Of a DNA stretch of 64,000 bases, positions 13,726 to 26,815 are shown one piece after another. A model generated the notes under the pieces. That model did not search any database. It was given only the letters and a program-made list of their open reading frames with translations, and was not told the DNA's origin. The DNA is taken from contig JAQGDQ010000013.1 in the NCBI GenBank assembly GCA_030141605.1, positions 1,373,996-1,437,995 of the forward strand, written 5' to 3'. The stretch is from Tubiluchus corallicola. Its lineage: Eukaryota > Animalia > Priapulida. Position 1 is the first letter of the stretch, and every line of letters starts with the position of its first letter. The position numbers and the translations under genes were made by a program.

Positions 13726-15500
13726 TATTCTTTAATAAAGATTACTTATTAATTAAAATATGAAATAAATAAAATAACAACATTTTCATCTGTGAGCTAT
13801 TTGTTTTGCTTAAACGCAATCAATTCAGTTCTGTTTTGTGCTTTTAAATTAAATCTGGCAAACTTATTCTAATTCTCTAATTGCTTTGCGCTTGATTTCA
13901 TGCATCATGTAATCTCTCTTATAACTAATGTCCTTTTAACGTCCTAATCTTCAAGGATGTGAACTCTAACGCCGCTTGTAAACGTCCAAAAAGACTAGCT
14001 GAACAAAACGAGATCATCTCGCGTACTCTACTAAGGACAAAACTTTCTGTCTTCTAAACAATCGTGACAATAGTTTCAGGTATAAAACTCGTAATTTGGA
14101 CCAGTCTCTCAGGTGACGGATTGAATTTAGAGGTGACTTCTCAAAGTCACATTTGGTTCACCTTTGTAGTTCAAAGACATTGTTCTTCTGGCAGCATTAT
14201 CGACGAATGGCTGGTTCCTGTTTGATATGATCGAGTTGAATCGGGTAATTGTGCCTGGCTGTGCTGTGCTAGTGACCATTAAGACAAGTGACTTGATGCA
14301 TGGATTGTATAACTAATATTAATGTCAGTTTAATGTTAATAAATTGAGCATGAATCACACGTCTGAAGCTTGGCGCCTTGCTTTATGGCGCCAATACCCG
14401 TCTCTTTACCCCGCTAATGCAGTTTCGGTTTTATCTATAACATCACGCCTGCCAATCAACATCTACGTTCTATTTTAGTTCTACTTGATGTTTATTACAT
14501 AACCCTGTCACGCCCACAAAGCGCTGACTCGCAACGTTCAGGAAATCAACATCGTTTTCTTAAGTAGTTGTTTTCCTTCTTTTTTAAAATTACAATTTAA
14601 AAATTGCGCCAAGGCTGCTATTGTTGAGAGCAACGTTTATGACGGCGATTACGATGCTGCTGCTAATGGCATTGGTAGTGGTGATCGACAAACTGTGACC
14701 ACAGTGAGTGAAAAGTCTCCTCTGACGAGTGTCGAGCTTGCATATTCGGTTTCTATGCATCAACCAGAATTGCTGAAAATTTCATCAGGGTCAAAGCAAT
14801 GAGATATTTACATATATATCTATATATATAGCTGTATATATACTAATAATAGTATAATAATACTAAATAATACTATACATATAATGTATATAATTAAAAG
14901 AATAGCACTTTATTAAAATGTTTACTTTACATAGTTAAAAATCATGTCAACTCGGACTTATTAATAAAAGAAGCTTTACCTTTGTACCCTGATAAGCCTT
15001 TTCTTAATGTACGAAGCACTTCAATTCCTTTAACTTTATTTTCAAACACTCAGCTATTTGTTATTGTATCAATTTCTTTTCTACATGTCTGCTTAATCAT
15101 TACCATTTGGATTTTGTAAATACCTAATTAGTGGATAAGTTACCGTATCAATTTCTTTACTGGTCTGCTTATTTATTGCCTATTTGGGTTCTGTTAAATA
15201 CTTAATTGGTTCATAATAGGCTCTACCTATATAAACTGGTTGTATGTTTGTAAAATTTACCACTAATGATGACAGCAGTAGTTTGTCAAAAATAACGTTT
15301 CGTATGATTTTAACTATGTAAAGTAAAAGTTTTAATAAAGTTGTGTTGTTTTAGTTACAAGTAGATATCGAATAACATGTTTTTTCCAGTTATGGCCTAT
15401 TTTCAGTTTGTTTATCGGATCCTGTTCCAACCAATGTTCCTAACAGCCCACCCTAAATTGCTAAAATATTTTAACCACAGCAGTTTATTCTGCTTGTACC

Positions 15501-16230
15501 TTAAGAGAAGGCTCCAGTCGTTTTGCGTGTTTGGTGTATTTTACTGCTAGCACTTAAACTTAGAAAAATGTAACAAAGAAATTTTCAGCAAAACAGTTTA
15601 TAAAACGTTATATTCCTTTATACTACCGCTGTAAAGAATTTTCACTGGCTTCTTGAGTTTTCGCACGCGCGTTGTGGCTTCTCTAAGCACGCGCTGCTTA
15701 AAGGCAAGTCTTCTAGCAGGTTGGGATTATTTCATTGTTCGCAAAAAATGTTAGAAGAATTTAGTAATAAAACTGAAATAAGCGCCTCGTGTAACTAGTA
15801 AATCACTTTAAAGTTGCTATCCCTTCATGCTTGAGCGCTCCCATTTTCACTGCCCATTCTTCCAATGACGTCATTCGTTTGAAGAAAAGTATCGCACGGT
15901 TAATCTTCACCAAAAGTATAATAAATGTTTTAAAGAAAATTATATAGCTAATTTAGCAATATTTTTGCGTGAACATTAGGTAAGCTACAGAAGTTTGAAT
16001 TAGTTTAAGCAGCGCGTGCTTACGGAAAGCCACGAACCACTTACGAAAAGTCGCGTTACGTCATGATTTTCAAGTGAATGGGGGCAGCCAAAACGCCTGA
16101 AAATTTATATTCGAGGGTAGTATATTTTAAATTTACCGTTTATGAGCAGTTCTCTGCAAATTTGTTTGTTATATTTTTCTAAGTTTAAGTGATAACAATA
16201 AAATAAACCCAACATAGTGCGTGACTTTAA
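15501..16230. mobile_element. Cluster of three related TTAA-bounded ~200-bp elements (Kolobok-like MITEs), first and third inverted
   Basis: 15501-15701 and the reverse complement of 16005-16230 share CACTTAAACTTAGAAAAAT.TAACAAA.AAATTT and TAAGCACGCGCTGCTTAAA. 15698-15903 is a more diverged copy. Each begins and ends at TTAA. Confidence 0.6.
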
Positions 16231-17007
16231 ACTAATTCAAACGTCTGCAGCTCTGCAGCTTACCTAGTGTTCATGCAAAAATATCGCGAAACTAGCTGCC
16301 TAATTGCTATTTGTAATTAGATAATCTTATTTTAGTTTTGACGGAAACTGATAATGTTTTTCTTCAGCCGATGAACGAGGAAGAGTGTGTGTTCATAATG
16401 GGTGCGCCCAAAACTTTACTATTTACGCGAGGCGCTTTTCAGACTTTTATTACTAAATCATTTTAACATTTTTCTCAAACATTGAAATAAGCTTAACTTC
16501 CCGGACGGATTGGCCTTTCCTTTCACAATTTTTCGCATGATATGTTGCAATTAATATTCGAATGCAAAAATGGCCTAGAATAGCCTAGAATGTTGCGGTA
16601 ATAATTAAATGATTTGTCATGAATTACAGTCTATACATTCTGACATCATTGGTAGAAAAGACAATTACCATACACTCTTGCGACGCCCGTTTAAACGCAG
16701 AATCCCTGCAGAGAAGAAATCCTTTTTCCCACGTTCTGTTTGAGAAATTAATTTAGGGAATATCCATTTGCCACTGCTCTAATGTTTTTGAAATGTTTTG
16801 TTTAATTATATGACGGTGATTTATTAGAAATGATGACTTGTGTGAAATTGCTATTAGAGTATAACTATATTTTTATTCTAGCTTGGCTGCTTTAGTAGAT
16901 ACCAATCCTGCCACAACCATTAACGTAACAAATAGGCCTTCCTGTTGAGTATTAGGAATGATTTGGAGTATACTGACTGATATGTAAATCACTAATGCTT
17001 TTCTTGG

Positions 17008-17193
17008 ATGTTATTTACCGGACATCCGGAATGCGTTACGCTTTATTGCGTAAAAGTCACCTAGTATTGTTTTCAATGAACCCGTTTATCAGACCTGCAT
17101 TATTACGTTATTTTTTCTCCAGCTATTTCCTATTGATTTTTTATACGCAGCTTGATACGGCATAACGCATTTCGGATGTCTGGTAAACGAAGC
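17008..17193. mobile_element. MITE with ~28-bp TIRs
   Basis: TTTACCGGACATCCGGAATGCGTTACGC (17014-17041) is inverted with GCATAACGCATTTCGGATGTCTGGTAAA (17160-17187), 3 mismatches. Confidence 0.7.
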
Positions 17194-17821
17194 GGTTTGA
17201 TACTTTCGTATCAGTGGAATATCACTTAACACGAAACACTTGTTCTTGTGTCTTAGATTTTATTCGTTTCTTTGTGTCGCCATAGATGGCAATGACAGAA
17301 TCCTTTTCGAAAAAAGCCTATGTGAATCAGTAACGGATCATTGTGGAACTCAATAGGAATATACTAGAATAAATGCCACAACGATTATCAGAGTCAGATT
17401 TGTGATTTACATCTTGAATTCAAGATAGGGCATTGACGGCAATGCAGGAAACTTTTTTGTTAATTCACACTTTTTGTGTGGTAGCTGGTTGCGTGGTTAT
17501 GTTCTTTAAATGCCCAGAAGTGTAAAGGAGTGATGAAACTAGTTCCCTTATGTAAGCTTTTTTACATTTTTTGTTATTATATTGTCAGATTTTCTTTTAT
17601 TTAGCTTTTCAGTACAGTTAAGGTTTGCTTATAGTACACCTAAATTAAAAATGGCAAATATTTTCAACTAACTGAGGTTATAAATGGGTCTCATAATAGA
17701 ATTAAGTGCTAAAGAATGATGCCAAGCAAGTTTACTGCTTTCGTAGTATACTCACTAAACAAGCATATTTATGCTGATTATTTTGCTAAATTAAACGTTG
17801 TTTATGTATTTATTTTTTCAG

Positions 17822-19612
17822 ATTCTAAGCTACATCTTTGGATTCTTGGGTGTCTCTGACAGGAAATTTGCATCTTTGGTGTGCCGGCAGTGGTACGATT
17901 CATCATTGCATCCTCGTCTTCATCAAGAAATAGTGTTTGTGTTTACGATAAACGCCAGCGTAGAAATTGTAAGCTATGTGGCTTGTAGAAAACCTCCACA
18001 TGTTATTTTCAATGCTTTAGATATTGCCACAGCTAGATCTTTACTTGGCACTGTCACATTTTCGTGGGGAGCGAAACTACACAGTCTTTCTTTGAAAGGT
18101 TCCGATGTAGCAGAGTCCGACTTGGTTCACATATTGGCTAAATGTATCAGTCTACGCTGTCTGGACCTATCCGGCTGCAACAGTTTGTTTATGTCTGGCA
18201 ATGTTCTGAAAGAAACAGAAGATCAGGATAAAGTGAGAATGGCACTGAAGAACTTGACTGATCTGCGTCTTTGCAACAACAGGTACATTAGTGACAGTGT
18301 GTTCAACAGATTAATGTCTGTGATGCCAAATATATCCAGTTTAGCTCTGGCTTCCTGTTACATCACGTTTAACAAGTTGTGTATCTTAATCGGCAGCTCT
18401 AGGACAAATACCATGATCACGTTCGATAACATTGTGGACTTTTTGAGCACAAATGCCAGTAGGATAAAGTCACTTGATTTTAGTCGCACCTCGATGGGTA
18501 GCAGTTCGTTGATGACTCTTGCTTCTATCCAAGGACTGCGTCTTCGCAGCCTTCGTTTGACCACCTGTCGGGAGATTAGCGACAAAGCCATGGCTCATCT
18601 ATGCAAGTATCAGACTGAACTCAGATATCTAGATCTGGAAGGTTGCTTGGACATTACGGATACGTCTGGTAAAGCAATTGCAGCTTACTTAACTAACCTG
18701 ATATCGCTAAATGTTAGTAAATGCCGTGGACTTACAAACAGTGCCATTTGCCAACTGAGACATTTGCAACACCTGAAAAAACTGGAATTGTCTACCTGCT
18801 TACAAGTGACATCGGATGGCTGGATTCAGGCTTTAGACAATTTGCTAGACTCTAATCGGATTAGTTACCTGAATCTAAGTTATTGTGCACAGGTGGGAGA
18901 TTCGGCTGTGTCATTAATTGCAGAGAAAATTCCAAATCTGAAGCACTTGGATCTGACTGCTTGCAACATGATTACTGATAGAAGCTTGGAAGCAGTCTGT
19001 ACTAATCTTGTTAATCTGTCTTACTTAAGTGTTGCGTGGTGTCCTGCAATTGAACATCTCATAATGCGAGTGCGAAAAAATGGCGTATCTAATGAGAGTT
19101 TTAGTGCAGACAGTCTTGCTAAAGGTTCAAGCGATGTGTCACAATCATTTGATAGCTTCTTGGAACTTTATAGCATTAATAACCTACGTAAATTGAGAAC
19201 TTTAAGTCTATGTGCTTGTACGAAACTAAATAAACATGCCTTGTACCACATGCAACTACCTATGCTTACTAGTTTAGACATTGGTATGATTCCTATATTG
19301 TCTGATAAGCATCTGTGTATATTTGCTCTGCAATGTCGTTCCCTAGAAGAGCTTAATATTAGCCAGTGCCATCAGGTAACTGATAAAGGCTTGATGTATT
19401 TTTTACGCAAAAACTCCAAATTGAAAGTGCTGGACATATCAGGTTGTGATTATATTACAGCAGCGACGTTGGCATGCGTGGAGCAGTTCTGCATTTCTCT
19501 TCGACGTTTAGATGTTTCTATGTGCAGTGGTGTTTCATTAGAAGCTGTGGAGAACATGGAACTTAACTTGCCTCATCTCAATGTAGTCAAACGTATGCTA
19601 CATTATAGGTGA
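17822..19612 (+). CDS. LRRC29: F-box/leucine-rich-repeat protein, LRRC29/FBXL9-like; large terminal exon, short 5' exon not resolved
   Basis: Acceptor TATTTTTTCAG before 17822. F-box core ILSYIFGFL..DRKFASLVCRQW, then many cysteine-containing LRRs (LxxLDLxxCxxITD). The segment LDLSGCNSLFMSG...ISDSVFNRL resembles LRRC29 from memory. Family is secure, the symbol less so. Confidence 0.85.
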   Translation: MLSYIFGFLGVSDRKFASLVCRQWYDSSLHPRLHQEIVFVFTINASVEIVSYVACRKPPHVIFNALDIATARSLLGTVTFSWGAKLHSLSLKGSDVAESDLVHILAKCISLRCLDLSGCNSLFMSGNVLKETEDQDKVRMALKNLTDLRLCNNRYISDSVFNRLMSVMPNISSLALASCYITFNKLCILIGSSRTNTMITFDNIVDFLSTNASRIKSLDFSRTSMGSSSLMTLASIQGLRLRSLRLTTCREISDKAMAHLCKYQTELRYLDLEGCLDITDTSGKAIAAYLTNLISLNVSKCRGLTNSAICQLRHLQHLKKLELSTCLQVTSDGWIQALDNLLDSNRISYLNLSYCAQVGDSAVSLIAEKIPNLKHLDLTACNMITDRSLEAVCTNLVNLSYLSVAWCPAIEHLIMRVRKNGVSNESFSADSLAKGSSDVSQSFDSFLELYSINNLRKLRTLSLCACTKLNKHALYHMQLPMLTSLDIGMIPILSDKHLCIFALQCRSLEELNISQCHQVTDKGLMYFLRKNSKLKVLDISGCDYITAATLACVEQFCISLRRLDVSMCSGVSLEAVENMELNLPHLNVVKRMLHYR

Positions 19613-22600
19613 AACACGTAACGCACTTTCCGCACAGCAAGCTTTTTTAAAGCTATGTGCAGTTGTGTCTCTTTAAAAGCTGTCGAAAACGTGGATCTTG
19701 CTTCCTCTCAATGTAGCCAAGCGAATGTTACATGTTAGATTAAGCGGATGAGGAACTTAACAAGCACTTGATCCTTGAATGTAAAATCATTATGTAGAAC
19801 CAAGTCATCATTTCTCTGAAGGAAATTTTTATTCGTGTATTCCTGTGCATACGGTATGGCACATTCTCATTGAAATTTAAACCTGTCTGAATTTCTACTA
19901 ATATCATCTTGAAGGACAGTTATGTTACTTCAGATACTGAGTGGAAAATTTACTCTTGATGCAATTGAAACAGATCAACTATTAAAAGATTTCTGTTATT
20001 TAAAATGATGTTAGAAATTACTTGCTACTTACCAATCTCTATATTTATTTTATAATATTAACTTTAATGTTATTTTTTCTCAGAGTTTATTTATTATATC
20101 TGATTTTTAATAATTTTTGCTTTTCTTATGCTTGTTGTTGAATTATGATTTGAGTGGTTCACAGTGCACTGTGTGTTTAGTCTGGTGTCCGTTGTTTATT
20201 GTATTTATGTGTTACAGTAATTGTCCTTCTGTCAGGAAATGATGTGTATCAGTTTAAATACTGTCCACATCTTCCAAAATTTTCAGTTTTGCAATTGGCA
20301 AAGGAAACAGCTGAACACGTTGTGTAATTGCTTATGCAGTTAAGCAACTCTGGACCTGGCTAGCATATGGCTAATTTGCAATGCAAATTGCCACCCGCCC
20401 CTGCTATATTTCTTGTTGAGGGTAGATGTGCATATAATATAGCTGTGCAGGTTTGTTATCGCTTTTAAAAATTTGACTTTGGTATTATTATACAATGATC
20501 TAGGCTCCAGTTCTGCCACAAGCATCGTTCTTAATATGCTCCATATTAAATAGTGGACTCTGTTGTGCATTATACTGGAAAAAGACGACGATTTAGTGAT
20601 TAATATTTAACCTTTACATTATGAGACAAACCATTTAGCTAAAACATTTGTGGTTACACGTATTGTTACATGTACACTGCGAATGTTGTCCAAATTTTCA
20701 ACTTCAGTAATTCCTGTATAATAATTATGTAAGTGCATGTAACATTTTAGCGAAATGGCAAATTTCTATTTACAGACGAAGCTTTATTATTTAATACCCC
20801 AATCATTTTTACATAAAAATGTAAAATAGTCACAAATCTTGCCATATCTCAAAGCTGTATACATAATATCACCGCATTCATCATGGGACGCATTTCAAGC
20901 ATTTTGCTTGGTGCGTTCTGCAATTCTTGTGCAGCTTAGTGATGAAAACAATTTGGATTTAATCAGCGTATCATATTTTAATAGGGTGCTGAGAAAAAAC
21001 AGTATCGTTGTAAACAGACAATTTTCGATAACTCCAATATAGCAAAATGATAAAACCGAGATTGGATTTAATTTTTTGTTTTCCTTGTTCGAAAAAATGA
21101 AGCTGCAAACAGCCAACATGGTTATACACCCTTAGTAACCTTTACTCTGCTAAAAATAGTTTTTTATGTAAAATGTCTCCTGTACTGAAAAATGTCTCTC
21201 GTGCAGTATTAAATACATTACAGCAATGGATATTTTTTAATTTAGCAGAACAGTACCAATATGTAATATAAATGATTATGTAGTCATTTCTTCCCTTAAA
21301 CGATGTCTAACTGTGTTCATTTTCATCATCTTTATCAAACCGAGTCAAAGCTACACTGATTTTTTTTCATTTCGGATTTCAGTTTACATCTGTGCTTGGT
21401 GTCTGAAGTTTTTAATTTAGTAAGTGAATACAGTATCGTTAGCTGCGGTCTCCTTACTTACATTCCTCGACACCTGCAGTCTTTCTTGTCACTTTTTATT
21501 TCAACAACAAATTTTCATAACTTAAAGTGTAGTTGCTATTTTTATTATAATTATTATTTCGGACTCAAACTTTATTGTAAACTGTCAATCCTAATATTTC
21601 TTGAATGTTGATTATCTCAGCAGATATTAGTTAAACCTAAAACTTAAAATTGCCTTTTAATAAGAGAACTGGCAACCTCTTATGATGAAAAAAGGTGCTA
21701 AAGACTTTCCATTCAGCTGCAAAACTATAAAATATTCTCATATTATATATTTGAAATTATCTTGTACTTGTTTTTAAACATTCTTTAAAGTGTCGTAATT
21801 AAATATATATGTATTTATTGTTTGCATGTAAATAAATCATTGCCTTCTTTGTTATACAATAGCGTCGTTCTTCACTTTTTGAACTCCTCTGAAAATGCCA
21901 AACTGGTAACACTGCAAAGTGGGCTTGATTGGATGACAGGCAGTGATCTGTTCGAGGATTTAGTTCTATGCCATACAGTAGTAGGCACAACATTCCTAGT
22001 GATCATAGCTATATAATCGTATTGCTTACTTCTGTACGAAAGTATATATTTTATACTTAATAAAATAATAATGTGAAACCGGCAACACTGCAAAGTCGTT
22101 ATCAGTCAGGTAACACTAATCGGCTTTTCATCAAAAATAAATTATTGCTGATAAAAAGAATTTTCATGAAGATGCTGGGAACGTTCGAACCATACAAGAG
22201 TTTTCTTCGATTTTAGAACTATTTCTGCTTAAAAACTAATTGTCATCTAACGAACTGATCACAATAAAACGAGGTTAAATTTGAATCTTTATTACACAAA
22301 TAATACACAATTAAGCGTACAAACTAACTGCAATTATAAACACAAAACTCTTGGAAATACGAAGAATAACATAAATTGAGTTGCTAATGTGGCAAACAAA
22401 CCATGCCTTCTATAAATTCAGTGGAATAAAGAAATTTGATTTGAGATTGAAAAATATGGAATGCATTAAAATTCTAAAACGATGGATGGTTTGTTGCACC
22501 TCAGCATTGAAACGCTTTTAAATGTAGGCTGTTATATAACATTTATAGTTATATAGATGTTACCTTTAAACAAACAGTATTATATTTCATAAAGTAAAGC

Positions 22601-23150
22601 TAATATTTTATATTGTAAATTTATGTATTAGCAACTTTAATTGAAAAAAAACTGACAATTTGTAAGTGAATACTAGAGAAAATGTTGTAAACCTATATGC
22701 GTGTTACTGTGTATATAGTTACTACTGCAAGTTCTAAAAAGTTGTTGGTAAAATATATTAACTAAGGTTACAAATCTTATATTACAATAGTTTCTGTTTA
22801 TCTAAGATCCCGTATAACTAAATTGTGCGCATAAAGCAAGAACTAAAAAAGAATTAATAAGACACTGACAACTTCTTCGTGATGACTAGTATGATCACGA
22901 CTAGTTATTATTTTAGTACTTCTAGTAAATAAAGTATTTTACACAGCTGAAGCAAACTTAACAAAAACTTATTCAAAATTATTGAATGAACAACATTACA
23001 CTACTTTTCTGTGATAGAGGCTGAAAAATAGAGTTGGAACTAAATGTATGTGAAATATATCATCAGCTGACTAAGATGCACATATCATAAAACATGCCAG
23101 TGTAAAATCCGGATGCAATGGTATATGTACGACTTTAAGTTTATAATTTA

Positions 23151-23942
23151 CCGTATATACTCGCATATAAGCCGAATTTAGAACTATAAAATACAATACT
23201 GAAATCAGGGGGTCGGCTTATATGCGCATGAAACAAAATGAACACAAGGACAGACACTAATGCCAATTTTCCAGCCACACATTTTCATCGCTATCTGACT
23301 CTTTATTTGGTTGTGTGTCACCAGTGGTGTATTGGAGGGGGGTCGTGGGGGATCGCCGTCCACCTACTTTTTATTTAGCAATACACCACTGTGTGTCACC
23401 AGTTGCGAGCCGTAACCAAGCTACAGCTAGTGGTGAAGCCGACGTCATCAGCCAATTGGTAGGCAGCGCGTGGGGAGAAGAGGTCACGTGGCTTATAGAG
23501 GAACAGCAAACCAATGAGGCAAACTGAGGCAAACGTGAGCACGCGGCCACAGAATTTAAAAGTGTGCTGAATTTTGATAATTTTAGTTGTAAAATTATTT
23601 GTGCAATACACCATGCCTGGAGAAAAAGAAAACCTATGTCCTATACTGCTGACTTCAAGCTTGGTGTACACGTTTTCTGAACAGACACTCTATAAGTTTG
23701 AGAGAGAGAACGAAAATTGCACAAAAATTGCCATCACAATATGAACATAAACTTTTGGGTTTTCAAAAGTATGTTATTGATCAAAGAAAGGCTGGTGACT
23801 TCCCTCTCTGCAGAATTGGCAACATGGATGAGACAAGTTGATGGTCGGCTTATATACGGGTTTTTGCAAAAACTGGCCATTTTAAAGCAGTTTTAGGGGG
23901 TCGGCTTATATGCGATGTAGGCTTATATGCGAGTATATACGG
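23151..23942 (+). mobile_element. Internally deleted pogo-family (Tc1/mariner superfamily) DNA transposon, 792 bp
   Basis: Perfect 23-bp TIRs CCGTATATACTCGCATATAAGCC with TA on both sides (23149-50, 23943-44). Transposase relics MSYTADFKL (~23635-23661) and IGNMDET (~23815-23835). Confidence 0.9.
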
Positions 23943-24116
23943 TAGATCAAAATTTGATAAAGAAAGCAAACGAAAAGCCTGACTACTTGTGAGAAAAATA
24001 TTTGTGCCAACAATCACAGAAATTTGTAGTTAAATAAACCTGCAGGGAAATTCATAATTTCTGCCTGCAGTTCTTACAAACATTCTTAACACAGAATGCT
24101 CTCTGGTGCGTTAACA

Positions 24117-24225
24117 TTAAGCAAAGTACATTCCTTTGTCCATATCACGGTGAACTTTAACTGATTTTCCCAACTCCATTAGCGGAATCAATGTTTCTTT
24201 TCCTGCTGTGACTGCAGAACCGCCA
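24117..24225 (-). CDS. AGO: Argonaute terminal coding exon 21
   Basis: TTTCAG acceptor; [35 protein letters not shown]. Confidence 0.9.
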
Positions 24226-26764
24226 CTGAAATAAAACGAATGAAAATTGTTTAAAAACACATTAATCCATTTCAAGTGAAATGTCCCTAAAAAGTGGCTT
24301 GCATGGTTGCTTTCAGAGATGGCGTGAATAAGTGGATTTTCTTGAGATATGCGGAGCTGAATTAAATGTCCCTAAAAAGTGGCTTGCATGGTTGCTTTCA
24401 GAGATGGCGTGAATAAGTGGATTTTCTTGAGATATGCGGAGCTGAGTTAAATGCCCCTAAAAAGTGGCTTGTGAATAAGTGTATTTTCTTGAGATATGCG
24501 GAGCTGTTGAGCCAGTGGAGTTGCAAACCAAATCTATTTCTTAACTATAAACTGACATAAACAACATCTTAGCTTTAGAAATTGATTTTTTTTAGCAAAT
24601 CCGGTTAATCTTTTTTATAAAGCATATTTTCATGTTTTATTCAAAAATAATTTTTAGCGGAAATCCATTAAGCTGATAATATACCACAGATATTTGGAGA
24701 ACTACTAAAACAAAGCGCAAAATTATAATTGAAAGTTAAACTAACACAATTCACGCAATGTTGTCCATTGTCCAAACTTGTTTCAAACAACATACTATCA
24801 AAATGGTTGAAAACCTAACAGCCATTGTGGGAGTTTACATTTATAGTTTTATACAGCAGTACTACTGACACAAGTTCTATGTGCAATAATGCAGCATGTA
24901 GGTGATACAAAATTTCAAGACAATTTTTTTGTTTCATGTATTTTCTTGTTACCTGCTGTACTCTTTATCAGCAATATGAGAGCGAGCTCTGAATGCTACA
25001 AGGTGAACTGCAACAATACCTACCTGCTGTACTCTTTATCAGCAATATGAAAGCGAGCTCTGAATGTACACCTACCACCTACCTGCTGTAGTCTTTATCA
25101 GCAATATGAGAGCGAGCTCTGAATGCTACAAGGTGAGCATAATAGGCTGGGGCTGGAATGGAGACGCTTCGTGTGCACCGCACATAGATATGACACAACT
25201 GATAAGTTAACTTCTGCAGTTCGTCAGAGGAAAAGTCGTTCTCATCCCAGAGAACATGGTATTTTGCTGGCCGACTTGTACCCTTGTAAAATAATAAAAT
25301 AACAATTATATAATACAGAACATTTACAAACATTTAGTCTTAGTAAACTACTGCTACTAGTGGAATATCTTGGTTTGCCGGACCTCTCTTTTATCAGAGA
25401 ATCAGAAAAATACAGTACCATTAAATAGTCCCGTGTACTACGTACACAGTCTGCTGTTTCGACAGTTGACAGCTAGTTGGCAGGCCGTCACTTTGTTTAC
25501 ATCATTACATCAGTGTAACATAACTGCTCACAAACAAACTGTACTTAACATGATTGTTTTTACGTATATCATAGTGCACAAAAGCAAAGTAAAGATGACA
25601 TAAAAATCGCAAAAGCTAATGGGTCACACAAAAGTATCTTATTTAAGCATGTGCAGAGAAAATATAGAGTCCATTATGCGAAGTTATTTGAGTCAATGGC
25701 CGACAGTTTTTATATACGTTTGCGTAGAAGTGGTGCGTACCAGATGTTTTTGAGACAATTAGGCAATTGATTTTACATTATCGTAATACAGTAGACTCAC
25801 AGTAATATAGAATCAATCACAAGATGTCTCCCCACTTTTGTCCTGCTAACTGAAATATGACTGTATGTCATTTGTGAGAGGTTTATTAAAGGTACCTGAA
25901 TTCCAAAATGAGAGCACAAAAAGAAATCAAATTCACAAGGATGGATTATTTTCTTGTCCACTGTAGTACCAGGTGGTACATTCTTAGACTTCCCAACCTA
26001 AAAAAAATTGTCAAATTTGAGTCTCATAATAAAGAGAAAAAGTCAAAAACGTTTAGATAATATAAAAACAATTTTTAATTTTTGTGAAATTTAAAATTGT
26101 CAGTAAAACTTAAAACGTACCTGGTCTCTCATATCTGCTGCAAACAATCTCGTATGGTGGCGTTTTTGAACAACTATAAATGTAACGGGTGGTTTATAAT
26201 CCTTCTCCAATTTTGCGCATGCCTGTCTCACGGCTTTCAGTTCATACTGTAGAACCTACATGTGATGAATGAAAGATTAGTTATTATGGTGAATATAAAA
26301 AAGCTAAATTTCATTCACTTAAAGACTAAAGGAAATCCGGCCTCACACTTTGCGTGTAATACACAAAAGAAAAGTGCATTGAAAGAAACATGTAATTAGT
26401 AAAGACACATTACCTGCATGAATTGACCTTCGCTGACTCCATCTCTATAGAAGATCAAAGCTTCTGGCTTCTTTTTATTGGTGCTTTGGTAAAATTTCAC
26501 TAAAAGATCCTTTGTCATGGAACACATCTCTTCTATAATTTCCTGTAAAAACCAAAATGTTTTATCATCCTAAAACAGGCAACTGTGCTGTATCATTTCC
26601 TGTAAAAACCAAAACACTTCACCAACCTATGTCATTTACTGTAGATAGGGTAAAGCGGGGTAATGTCGGCCACTGGTTAATGTTGCCTCGTCCAGTTTTT
26701 ATACAATCAAATTAGGTCACGTGACCTAGACAGGATTTCTATATATATAAAATATTTATATCGC

Positions 26765-26815
<51 letters not shown>

